Positions 8,993 through 19,913 of a stretch of 64,000 nucleotides of DNA are shown one piece after another. The stretch comes from an uncultured Bdellovibrionales bacterium (lineage in GTDB: Bacteria > Myxococcota > XYA12-FULL-58-9 > JALHOP01): positions 188,787 to 252,786 of the forward strand of contig CAZAER010000003.1 of assembly GCA_964484195.1 (NCBI GenBank), given 5' to 3'. The notes below the pieces were generated by a model. It searched no databases. It was not told where the DNA came from and saw nothing but the letters and a program-made list of their open reading frames with translations. The stretch's first letter is position 1. Each line of letters starts with the position of its first letter. A program made the translations under genes and the position numbers.

Positions 8993-9305
8993 AGCACGCA
9001 AGGAGAAGAACGGCCGTCCACAACGCGACGGAGACGTATCCTATTGCCGTCACGCGGTGGTCGCCACGTGACGGCGGCTCTAAGTGAGCAAGCGATATGC
9101 CACGCGGGAATTTTCACGCAGCACCTGATGGGCAGCGGCTAGACCGTCGCTTTCCCTCGGAATTTTTCGGCTGCTGTCGACGCCCACACGAGCCCACTCG
9201 TCAACGCACGTCGGCGAAACCGGACTTCTATGTCGTGGCGGTGACCGTGGGTGCTGCGTTGCGCTGCAGTCAACCGCGACGCGATGGCAGCGTGTACGGA
9301 AGCGG

Positions 9306-9761
9306 GTGATGACCAGCAGTAACAGCAGCAATGGTCGCGAACGCCGTAGGGCGGAACGTCACCCAGTCATTCTCGACATCACCATGAACCTCGGAGGAGC
9401 CGCCCCGGTGCTCAGCGGCCGCTCGGTGGACGTGTCGCGCAGCGGCATTTTCATCATGACTGACGCGAGCATCGCCGCCGGCCGCCGGGTCGACTTGGTC
9501 ATCAAAGGCGAGCCCAACGAGCCACCGGTGCTCACCAGCGGCACGGTGGTCCACGTCGTACAATCGATCGGTGTAGGCATCCGCTTCAGCACACAGACGG
9601 CGATGACCCGCCAGCGCATCGAGCAGCTCATCGCGAGCTTCTACGAGCGCAAGGCCGACCGCCAAGATCAAACCGACCAGACCGAGCCTTCGATCCGCAC
9701 CATGGCGCAGCTCAGCCGTGCATCGGAAAAATCAGATCGCGAACCGATACGAAAACGATGA
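9306..9761 (+). CDS. PilZ-domain protein
   Basis: RxxxR-type motif ERRRAERHP and DxSxxG motif DVSRSGIF, then GTVVHVV..GVGIRF. GTG 9306 or ATG 9309 start. The 3' end overlaps the convergent rseP by 50 nt. Confidence 0.65.
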   Translation: MMTSSNSSNGRERRRAERHPVILDITMNLGGAAPVLSGRSVDVSRSGIFIMTDASIAAGRRVDLVIKGEPNEPPVLTSGTVVHVVQSIGVGIRFSTQTAMTRQRIEQLIASFYERKADRQDQTDQTEPSIRTMAQLSRASEKSDREPIRKR

Positions 9762-10746
9762 GCGCCAAGATGAGCACGAAGCCGACGGTGTGAACCATCG
9801 CTTCGATGCGCTCGTTCACCGGACGGCCACGTAGCGCTTCGGCGATCAAGAATACGAGCCTGCCGCCGTCGAGCGTCGGAAACGGCACGACGTTGAAGAT
9901 GCACAAGCCGAGCGACACCGCGGCCAGGATGAGCATGAATTGCTCGAAGCCACGACTCGCGGCGCCCGACATGATGCGAACCATGCCCGGCAAGCCCGAG
10001 AGAGTGGCGTCGTTGGTGCGCATGACGAGGCCAGCGATGAGCCGCACCTGATCGACGGTGCGCCGCCAGGTCTCCTTGACCGCGAAAGCGATGCCACCGG
10101 CGATGCTCTCGCGCTCGCGCACGGTGCTCTGCTGTACACCGAGGACGCCGTGGCCTTTGCCGTCGTTCTTCGGGGTGACTTGCACGACGAAGCGCTGGCC
10201 CTCGCGCTCGACCTCGACCGGGACTTCTTGGTCGGGATGGGCGCGCACCGAGCGGACGACGTCGGCCCAGTTGGCGGGGACGTCGCCGGCGAACTTGAGG
10301 ATGGTGTCTCCCGCCTGGAGACCCGCATCCTGTGCGGCACTGCCATCGACGACGGTGCCCAAGCGTGCGGCGTCGTCAGGGCGCTCGTACCCGACGCTCA
10401 TCACCAACACGCCGATGAGGAAGGCGGCGATCACCCAGTTCATCACCGGACCGGCCGCGATGACGGCGGCGCGCATCCAAATGGGGCGGTTGCGGTAATT
10501 GCGCTGGTCGTTCTCGTAGACGTCGGTTTCTTTCGGCCCCATGCCGTCGACCTGCACGAAGCCGCCGAGGGGGATGGCCGCGAGCTGCCATTGGGTCTCG
10601 CCGAAGGTGCGCTTGGCGATCACCGGCCCGAAGCCCAGCGAGAACTTCAAGACGCGCATGTTGCACCACTTGGCGACCAAATAGTGGCCGAGCTCGTGCA
10701 GGATGATGAGCAGCGAGATGCCGAGGATGCTGGTTGCGACGGACAT
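9712..10746 (-). CDS. rseP: RIP metalloprotease RseP (M50 site-2 protease)
   Basis: HExxH in a TM helix (ILHELGHYLVAKW), a PDZ-like middle segment, and the C-terminal NVVPFPTLDGGRL motif. ATG 10746 (MSVATSILG) is preferred over 10806. Confidence 0.85.
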   Translation of the reverse strand: MSVATSILGISLLIILHELGHYLVAKWCNMRVLKFSLGFGPVIAKRTFGETQWQLAAIPLGGFVQVDGMGPKETDVYENDQRNYRNRPIWMRAAVIAAGPVMNWVIAAFLIGVLVMSVGYERPDDAARLGTVVDGSAAQDAGLQAGDTILKFAGDVPANWADVVRSVRAHPDQEVPVEVEREGQRFVVQVTPKNDGKGHGVLGVQQSTVRERESIAGGIAFAVKETWRRTVDQVRLIAGLVMRTNDATLSGLPGMVRIMSGAASRGFEQFMLILAAVSLGLCIFNVVPFPTLDGGRLVFLIAEALRGRPVNERIEAMVHTVGFVLILALIVFVSVRDLIFPMHG

Positions 10747-10822
10747 TGGGCGGGTCTGTAGCGCAAAGGGCGGCGGATGCGAAGGCCGCGACAGCTCGGG
10801 GCGCAAATGTTACGGTGTGCTC

Positions 10823-11296
10823 ATGGCCGACTCGGTGAAACCTCGTCCTCCCGGCGTCGCGACTGCCGAGGCGCCGCAAGCGCCCGCAGGAGGCCGCCCG
10901 CCCGCGAACACCGACGTGCAGAAGAGCGTCGAGGGGCTGCTGCAGCGTTACAACTCGCACTTCGGCACCGATCGGGCGCGCACCGTGGCAACCCCGAGCG
11001 GCTTTGCCATTCAAGGCGCGAACGATCTCTCCGTCGCTGACGTGCAAGACGCCATCCGCAAGTCCGGCGATCGCCGCTATACCGGACGCGTCGTGCACGG
11101 CGACGATGGCGCCATGCACGTGCGCTTGCTCAAGCGCGAAGGCGCGAATCAAGTCCATCCCGAGCCGGAAGGCGCGGTCGGAGCTTGGCGTAACTTGATC
11201 CGCCGCCCGTTCGAAGGCCCGCGCCCGCCGTCGCGACCACTCATGGCGCACGCGGCGCCGTTCGGTCCACACGCTGCCTTGCCGCCGAAGGCTTAG
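10823..11296 (+). CDS. Hypothetical protein
   Basis: ATG 10823 (MADSVKPRPPG). Reasonable GC3 and non-shadow composition. No motif recognised. The opposite-strand ORF 10376..11272 is Arg-rich and judged spurious. Confidence 0.45.
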   Translation: MADSVKPRPPGVATAEAPQAPAGGRPPANTDVQKSVEGLLQRYNSHFGTDRARTVATPSGFAIQGANDLSVADVQDAIRKSGDRRYTGRVVHGDDGAMHVRLLKREGANQVHPEPEGAVGAWRNLIRRPFEGPRPPSRPLMAHAAPFGPHAALPPKA

Positions 11297-12576
11297 AAGC
11301 GTTCGATCTCGAGCTCGTCTGCCTTCGCTGCCGGCGCGGCAGCACGTTGAGGCGGCAGGGTTTGCTGCGGCTGCGGTCCGGTGGTCCGCCGCGGCGGTAC
11401 CGGCGGTTGAGATTGCGCCGCCGCTGGACGTGGCGCGACGCCCTGTGGCCGCGCTTGTGCACCAGCGGTCGGCCCTTCGAAGCCGTCCCAGCTGCTGTCG
11501 CTCGTGCCGCTGATGCCCGAGACGCGGAGCGCGAAGTCGTCGGGGTTCGAGGACTGCCGCAAGGCTTCTTGATAGGTGATGGTGCCGGCCTGCAAGTGCG
11601 CCATGAGCGACTGATCGAAGGACTGCATGCCGTAGGTGATGTGACCGCTCGAGATCGCCTCGGGGATTTCCTTGGTGTGATCCTCTTGCTCGATGAGCTC
11701 GCGCACGCGGGCGGTGGCGCGCAGGACTTCCATGGCGGCGACGCGGCCACGACCGTCGGCGCGCGGCACGAGGCGCTGACTAATGACGGCGCGCAAGGTC
11801 GACGCCAGCTGCATGCGGATCTGCTTCTGTTGATGCGGCGGGAAGACGCTGACGATGCGGGTGATCGATTCGGTGGCGTCGACGGTATGCAGCGTCGACA
11901 TGACCAAGTGGCCGGTCTCCGCGGCGGTCAGCGCGATCTCGATGGTCTCTATGTCGCGCATTTCGCCGACGAGAATGACGTCGGGATCCTGGCGCAAGGA
12001 GCTGCGCAGAGCCGACGCGAAGCTCGGTGTGTCGACACCGACCTCGCGCTGATTGACGATCGAGCGCTTGTCGCGAATCAGGAACTCGATCGGATCTTCG
12101 ATGGTGAGCAGGTGCGCGGTGCGATTGGTGTTGATGTGATCGATCATCGCCGCGAGCGTCGTCGACTTGCCCGAGCCAGTGGCGCCGGTCACGAGCACGA
12201 GCCCGCGTTGCTCGAGCGAGATCGACTCGATGACCTTCGGCAAGCCGAGCTGGCCGAGGGTTTGGATCTGGAGCGGGATGACGCGGAAGACGGCGCCGAG
12301 ACTACCGCGCTGTTGGAAGACGTTGACGCGGAAGCGCCCGAGGCCCGGCACGCCGTGCGCCATGTCGAGCTCGTTCTGCACGCGGAAGCGCTCTTTCTGG
12401 AAGTTGTTCATGATGCTGAACACCAACCGCTGCACTTCTTCGGGCGTCAGGCGTTGCGCATCTTTGAGCGGCACGAGCGCGCCGTCGATGCGGAACATCG
12501 GCGGTAGACCGGCCTTCATGTGGATGTCGGATGCATTGCCTTTGTGGGCGATCGCGAGGATGTCGTTCAGCTCCAT
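11293..12576 (-). CDS. pilT: Type IV pilus retraction ATPase PilT paralog with Pro/Gln/Ala-rich C-terminal tail
   Basis: ASDIHMKAG..P.FRIDG; Walker A GATGSGKSTT; Asp box and Walker B DPDVILVGEMRD; His box GHLVMSTLHT. About 65 extra low-complexity residues at the C-terminus. Confidence 0.9.
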   Translation of the reverse strand: MELNDILAIAHKGNASDIHMKAGLPPMFRIDGALVPLKDAQRLTPEEVQRLVFSIMNNFQKERFRVQNELDMAHGVPGLGRFRVNVFQQRGSLGAVFRVIPLQIQTLGQLGLPKVIESISLEQRGLVLVTGATGSGKSTTLAAMIDHINTNRTAHLLTIEDPIEFLIRDKRSIVNQREVGVDTPSFASALRSSLRQDPDVILVGEMRDIETIEIALTAAETGHLVMSTLHTVDATESITRIVSVFPPHQQKQIRMQLASTLRAVISQRLVPRADGRGRVAAMEVLRATARVRELIEQEDHTKEIPEAISSGHITYGMQSFDQSLMAHLQAGTITYQEALRQSSNPDDFALRVSGISGTSDSSWDGFEGPTAGAQARPQGVAPRPAAAQSQPPVPPRRTTGPQPQQTLPPQRAAAPAAKADELEIERF

Positions 12577-12811
12577 CGCCTAGCAGTGTACGCTGGCCAC
12601 CGGCACCTCCGAGGGAAAATACGTCGCGAAGTCGTAGGTCTAGCTGGCAAAAGCTCGCCAAAAACCTACAGTTCGGCGAAAATGCCGACGTTTCAGGGGT
12701 TTGCGTGGTCGCTGCAGCTCTACGCTAGCGCCAGACGACGTCGCATGCGACACTACCGGCAACGATCATTTCCCCCCGTTTTGTGCGCCTCGCGAGGTGA
12801 AATCACAACGC

Positions 12812-15351
<2,540 letters not shown>

Positions 15352-15352
<1 letters not shown>

Positions 15353-15380
15353 GAAAAATGGTGACAGTCACCATTTTTCC
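15352..15380. repeat. 29-nt perfect palindrome GGAAAAATGGTGAC-A-GTCACCATTTTTCC (palindrome family copy 1)
   Basis: Read directly: 14+1+14 perfect inverted repeat starting on the last base of the kinase stop codon. A-tract and T-tract flanks give it a bidirectional-terminator-like shape. Confidence 0.85.
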
Positions 15381-15405
15381 GGCCTAGGTCTGATGGTCGG
15401 ACCAG

Positions 15406-15434
15406 GGAAAAATGGTGACTGTCACCATTTTCTT
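15406..15434. repeat. Palindrome family copy 2, GGAAAAATGGTGAC-T-GTCACCATTTTCTT (inverted relative to copy 1)
   Basis: Same 17-mer core ATGGTGAC-N-GTCACCAT with central T instead of A. The cores are separated by 39 nt. The outer arm is slightly degenerate. Confidence 0.8.
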
Positions 15435-15493
15435 CTCGTCCGCTCGAGCGGCACGCACCGTGCACCATTGGGTCCCTCAAGGGGGATATTCCA

Positions 15494-15862
15494 ATGGCTA
15501 GGACCAAAACCACCACACGTCGTCGCCGCACCTCGGGGCGTAAGTCCACACGCACCGCCCGCCGTACCAGTGGCGAATCGCGTGGTCGTCGCACCGCGGC
15601 GCGTCGGACGCGCAAGAGCCGCGGCCGCCGTTACAGCGAAGGCGCGTCGCGCAAGATTGGCAAGGTGATGCACGAGCACAAGGAAGGGACCTTGCGCTCG
15701 GGAAGCACCGGCAAGAAAGTCCGCAATCGGAGACAAGCGATTGCCATCGGCATCTCGGAGGCACGTGCCGCCGGCAAGAAGGTGCCGAAGCGCCGCAGCG
15801 GTACGACCGGCCGCGCGCGTCGGAGCAGCGCCAAGAGCGCCGGCCGTCGTGGCAAACGGTAG
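15494..15862 (+). CDS. Small basic protein: DUF6496-like core flanked by Arg-rich tails
   Basis: SD-like AAGGGGGA upstream of the ATG. Core KVMHEHKEGTLRSGSTGKKVRNRRQAIAIGISEARAAG resembles the small conserved family usually annotated DUF6496. N- and C-terminal tails are runs of R/T/S/G/K. Confidence 0.7.
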   Translation: MARTKTTTRRRRTSGRKSTRTARRTSGESRGRRTAARRTRKSRGRRYSEGASRKIGKVMHEHKEGTLRSGSTGKKVRNRRQAIAIGISEARAAGKKVPKRRSGTTGRARRSSAKSAGRRGKR

Positions 15863-15900
15863 AGCGAGCGTTGGGCGTGGATCGCTCCGGCGGTCCGCGT

Positions 15901-16785
15901 CTAAACGCGCGCCAGCACGTAATCGAACGTCGAGTGGCCGCCCTGGCGCATGATCAAATCGCGCATGCCCGCGAAGTTCTCGATGCGCTGGCAGCCGGCG
16001 CTACCCAGCCGCTCGTCGTGGAGCAGAATACCGTCCGCGTCGACGTTGTTGCGGCGCGAGTCCACCAGTCCGCCAAAGCGGAAGGCAGAGACATTGCCGG
16101 GGATGCGGAACGAGCCGCCCCATTCTTTGTAGGATTTATCGACCTTGCGCGCGAGCGTGTACAAACCCTCGCGGATGAACGCCGGACCGAAGTTGCGGGT
16201 CGCAGGAAACTGCGACTCGTCGTGGCGGAGCGCGGAAGGTTGTGACGACGAGCGAAAGCTGTCGAGCATCTTGAGAGAACCGTCCTGTTCGCCGCGAAAG
16301 ACGTAGGTTCGTCCGCTCATGCTGCCGGGGGAAATCGACCGCGTGTCCAACTGCACCACGTAGACGCGACCGGGGATGACCTCACGTCGTGAGGTGCCCA
16401 GCTGAGCCCGCAAGCGGTTCTCCGCGAGTGCTTGGTTGCCGCCGAAGAAACGCGACAGGAACCCAGGTGCTTGGGCTGGCGTTGCACGAGCAGCTTGATC
16501 GGCGCGCGGCGAGCGGGTTTCCGGCGCGCGTGCCGGGGCGTTCGCGCGAACGGCGGCATCGGGTGCGGGGAGGCGGCGACGTTCTGCCGGTGCTGCGACG
16601 ACACTGCGAGCGCGATTGGCGACGCGGCGATCCGTGTTGCGTTCGGCGTCGAGCTCGCGACGTCGGGACCGGCGCTCTGCGCGTGCCGGACGTGCCGGTT
16701 CGCCGCCGAAAATGCGGCGCAAGATATCGAAGAAGGTCTCTGGTTGTCTGGCCGGGGCGCGATGACGAGCTGCGTGCACTGACAT
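15901..16785 (-). CDS. Protein with Arg-rich disordered N-half and YkuD/Tlde1-like (L,D-transpeptidase fold) C-terminal domain
   Basis: ATG 16785 preceded by AGGTGG with a 5-nt spacer. C-terminal motifs NFGPAFIREGLYTL and DADGILLHDERLGSAGCQRI (His-x8-Cys with S-x-G-C, as in short-spacing L,D-transpeptidase-like domains). The functional call is inference only. Confidence 0.55.
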   Translation of the reverse strand: MSVHAARHRAPARQPETFFDILRRIFGGEPARPARAERRSRRRELDAERNTDRRVANRARSVVAAPAERRRLPAPDAAVRANAPARAPETRSPRADQAARATPAQAPGFLSRFFGGNQALAENRLRAQLGTSRREVIPGRVYVVQLDTRSISPGSMSGRTYVFRGEQDGSLKMLDSFRSSSQPSALRHDESQFPATRNFGPAFIREGLYTLARKVDKSYKEWGGSFRIPGNVSAFRFGGLVDSRRNNVDADGILLHDERLGSAGCQRIENFAGMRDLIMRQGGHSTFDYVLARV

Positions 16786-16920
16786 CCGAACCACCTGGAA
16801 AGGGCAGTATCGAAATTATCGGCTGACACCCCATCAGGGTTGCGTGAACCCTGGCGGCGCGTCAGGACGACCTGTCAGTGCACCAGGTCCAAGCTGTCGA
16901 AAAGACGAAGCTTTTCCCGC

Positions 16921-18240
16921 TCAGCGGCGCCCGAAAACATTTCGCACGAGGTCGCGCAAACCGCCCCGCGGCTCTTCATCTCCACCCGCATCCGGGCGGC
17001 TGGAGTCGAGGTTGGCCATGGATGGCGGCATCGGCGGCACCTGGTCGGAGATCTCCGGCTCGAAGGGTCCGCTCACGGTGTCGACCAAGGTGACCGAGTC
17101 GCCCTTGTCGAGCGAGTCGCCGACCAGAGCGGCGCCCAGGGCCACGCTCTCGTCGGGATGGACGCCTTTGCGTGGCTGCTTTCCGAAGTGCGCGGCGACG
17201 CTGTCGATCACCAGCGGCATACGCGTTTGGCCGCCGACCAGAATCAGCTCGTCGATGCTCTCCTTCGGGATCTTGCGGCGTTCGAGGAGGATGTCGACCA
17301 CCTGGAGAGACCGGAGCACCAGGTCGTTGGTGAGGCTGTTGAGCGTCTCGCGACCCATCACCAGCTCGACGTCGACCGGCTTGCCGCGTCGCTCGATCAA
17401 TGACGGCAGGCGCAGCTGCGTGTTCGCCAAGATGGACAGCTCGACCTTGGCGCGCTCGGCGACCGAACGCAGCCGCTGTAAGACCGCGGGGTCGTCGATG
17501 GTCTCGACCTTGGTTTGCTTCTTCACTTCGTGGACGATCCAATGCAGCACGCGCTCGTCGAAGTCGGCGCCGCCGAGGAAGACGTCACCGCCCGTCGCCA
17601 GAACCTCGAAGGTGTTGTTGCGGACGTCGAGCACACTGATGTCGAACGTGCCGCCGCCGAAGTCGTAGACCAGGACGCGCTGGGCGAAGCTGCGGTTGAA
17701 GCCGTACGCCAAAGCGGCCGCGGTCGGCTCGTTCACGACTCGGCGCACCTGGAAGCCGGCGCGTTTGCCGGACTCGATGACGATGTTGCGCTGACGCTCG
17801 TTGAAGTAAGCGGGCACCGCGATGACCGCTTCGGGCACGTCTTCACCCAGGTTGATTTCGACGTAGCGCTTCATCTGCGCGAGGATCACCGTCTGCACTT
17901 CGGCGGCCGTATGGATCTGCGAGCCGACACGTACGCCAGCTTCACCGGCGCTGTCGGCCACGACCGCGAAGCGCATGCGGCGCGAGAGCGCGTCTGCGAC
18001 CTTGCTCGCGAATGGACGACCGATGAGACGCTTGGACTCGGGTACGGTCGCGGCGGGCAGGGTGGCGCCGAGCTCTTTCGCGGCCTGACCGACGTAGACC
18101 GAGCCGTTCGGATGGTAGGTCACGACCGACGGCATGGTGTTGAAGCCGGACTCGATCGGGATGACGCGCGGGATCTTGTTGACGACGTGCGCGGCGCAGC
18201 TGTTGGTCGTCCCGAGATCTATGCCGACGATTTTACCCAT
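16921..18240 (-). CDS. Hsp70-family protein with nucleotide-binding domain only (no substrate-binding domain)
   Basis: IVGIDLGTTNSCAA, AVIAVPAYFNERQR, VLVYDFGGGTFDIS and ILVGGQTRMPLV motifs. The protein ends shortly after a linker-like DSVTLVDTV with a Pro/acidic tail. Confidence 0.85.
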   Translation of the reverse strand: MGKIVGIDLGTTNSCAAHVVNKIPRVIPIESGFNTMPSVVTYHPNGSVYVGQAAKELGATLPAATVPESKRLIGRPFASKVADALSRRMRFAVVADSAGEAGVRVGSQIHTAAEVQTVILAQMKRYVEINLGEDVPEAVIAVPAYFNERQRNIVIESGKRAGFQVRRVVNEPTAAALAYGFNRSFAQRVLVYDFGGGTFDISVLDVRNNTFEVLATGGDVFLGGADFDERVLHWIVHEVKKQTKVETIDDPAVLQRLRSVAERAKVELSILANTQLRLPSLIERRGKPVDVELVMGRETLNSLTNDLVLRSLQVVDILLERRKIPKESIDELILVGGQTRMPLVIDSVAAHFGKQPRKGVHPDESVALGAALVGDSLDKGDSVTLVDTVSGPFEPEISDQVPPMPPSMANLDSSRPDAGGDEEPRGGLRDLVRNVFGRR

Positions 18241-18295
18241 GAGGTAGCAAACCGAGCGCTCGCTTCAGCAAGTCTAGGAGGCGATCCGTGAAGAA

Positions 18296-18940
18296 TCAAG
18301 GAACGGGCGGAATCCGTCCCTTCGAGACATATGGACTGTCGACGTAGAACCGCCACGGCAGGTCGACCGCCTTGCTGATACCGATGCGCGCGGACACCCG
18401 AATCGGCCCCAGAGGCGGGGTGTCGCGAATGGTCAGGGCGCCGCGGGTCAGGTCCACGCCGTTCTGGGGCGCAGCGATGGCGAGCGCCTGGGCGAGCTTC
18501 CCGGGGCCCCGCATCAGCTCTTTGTGAGGCACGTCGCCTCGGTATGTATGCATCGCGGGCATGCCGGCGACCGGCTCCAGGGCCCTCACCAGCACCGCGG
18601 CGGCGAAGTCGACGGGCCCGGTCACCACGTTGAGCATCCAGTGCATGCCATACGAGAAGTAGACATAAGCGTGGCCGGCGCGCCCGTAGAGGACTTCGAC
18701 GCGCGGGGTTCGCCGTTGGTAGGCGTGGCAGGCGGGCTCGCTCCCCTCATAGGCTTCCGTCTCGACGATGCGCCCGCCGAGAAGGACATCACCCACCTTG
18801 TGGACCACGACCCTCCCTAGGAGCTCCCGCGATACCGTGACGACATCACGCTCGTAGAAAGCGCGCGCCAGCGGTTTGGCGCGGCGCACCTCGGCCTCGC
18901 TCAAAGAGGGGGTGGGCGGGTTTCTTGAGGCCGGCAACAT
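18296..18940 (-). CDS. mpg: DNA-3-methyladenine glycosylase (Mpg/AAG family)
   Basis: FYERD...LLG...GRIVETEAY......HAY...T.R..V..G.AGHAYVYFSYGMHWMLNVV...AVLVRALEP matches the family pattern. ATG 18940 is preferred over 19102. Confidence 0.85.
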   Translation of the reverse strand: MLPASRNPPTPSLSEAEVRRAKPLARAFYERDVVTVSRELLGRVVVHKVGDVLLGGRIVETEAYEGSEPACHAYQRRTPRVEVLYGRAGHAYVYFSYGMHWMLNVVTGPVDFAAAVLVRALEPVAGMPAMHTYRGDVPHKELMRGPGKLAQALAIAAPQNGVDLTRGALTIRDTPPLGPIRVSARIGISKAVDLPWRFYVDSPYVSKGRIPPVP

Positions 18941-19043
18941 CACGCGTTTTCTCGAGAATCGCGGCAACCCTGACAACACGGCATCCGGGGTCGGAGCGAG
19001 CGTGTATGTATCACCAACACCCCCGCATTGACTGGAGTTGTCG

Positions 19044-19871
19044 ATGAACGGCACGCGTTCACATGGCTTCGTGTTGCCCGCCGAGCCAGTATCCGGAGCC
19101 AAGCTCGCCGCCGAATGGCTCGCCGCTCACGAAAAAAGCGGCGCTTCCGTCGGCTATGGCGTGCACAACATCGTGCGCGTGGCCGATGAGCTAGGCGTGT
19201 CGCGCGAAGACGCTATCGCGGACTTCTTCTCCATGGTCGACCGCGAAGAAATGGCGACGCGGCCGGCGTCACTGCAGGACATCGTCTTGCTTGCCCTGTC
19301 GCAAGGCGTGACCTTCGACAGCAGCACCCAGGCCTTCTTGCTCGATCTGTGCGAGCGTCTCGACGGCGAGCCACGGCTCGACATACCCGCCAGCGCCAGC
19401 CGACTCACCGAGGAGCTGCAGGTGCTCGGACACATCTTGAACGAGTTGATGCTCTCGGGCGATCACCCCGGCAGCGACGCGGCCCTCGCCGCTCAGGTGT
19501 GGCGTATCGAGACCATCACCGCGCACGAGCGCCAGCTCAACGCCATCGCCCATCACGCCGCGGCGCGCGCGACCGTCATGCGTCGCCATGGCCTGCACTA
19601 CTTCGAGAAAGAAGACATGCAGGCGCTTGCCAAGGCCCTCACCCAAGCGCGCGACATCGGTCAGGAGCCGGGTGTCGTTTCACGCGCCGCATGGAAAGCG
19701 CTGACGCGTGGGATCGTGGCTTGCTTCTGGGTGCCGGTCGAGGAGCGTGGCTTCATGCTCGATCAACTCGCGAGCTATCTCCTCGAGGAAGCCGGCCTCA
19801 CGCTGGCGTCGGATGCGCGCGCCGTCATCCAGGCGGTCGCCGACGGCCAGCCGGGCACGATCGCCGCGTGA
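19044..19871 (+). CDS. Hypothetical helical protein
   Basis: ATG 19044 (TTG 19038 also possible). Coding-like composition. No motif recognised. Confidence 0.55.
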   Translation: MNGTRSHGFVLPAEPVSGAKLAAEWLAAHEKSGASVGYGVHNIVRVADELGVSREDAIADFFSMVDREEMATRPASLQDIVLLALSQGVTFDSSTQAFLLDLCERLDGEPRLDIPASASRLTEELQVLGHILNELMLSGDHPGSDAALAAQVWRIETITAHERQLNAIAHHAAARATVMRRHGLHYFEKEDMQALAKALTQARDIGQEPGVVSRAAWKALTRGIVACFWVPVEERGFMLDQLASYLLEEAGLTLASDARAVIQAVADGQPGTIAA

Positions 19872-19913
19872 GTTGACCCGCGGCCCAGCTTCGCCGACGA
19901 ACACTCTCGTTCG

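Noticed and set aside
8952-9305. Lower-GC 350-nt intergenic region upstream of the PilZ gene, with hairpins (for example CCGTCACG...CGTGACGG at about 9047-9074). Considered as a c-di-GMP riboswitch or sRNA.
   Set aside because: I could not find the GEMM-I/II signature sequences (for example GGCAAACC...GACGCAAAGCC). The hairpins alone are not diagnostic, and an Rfam scan would be needed.
12645-12658. sigma54-like element TGGCAAAAGCTCGC in the pilT / kinase divergent region.
   Set aside because: The GG-to-GC spacing is one nucleotide shorter than the TGGCAC-N5-TTGC consensus, and the -12 region is poor. No enhancer-binding-protein site was recognisable.
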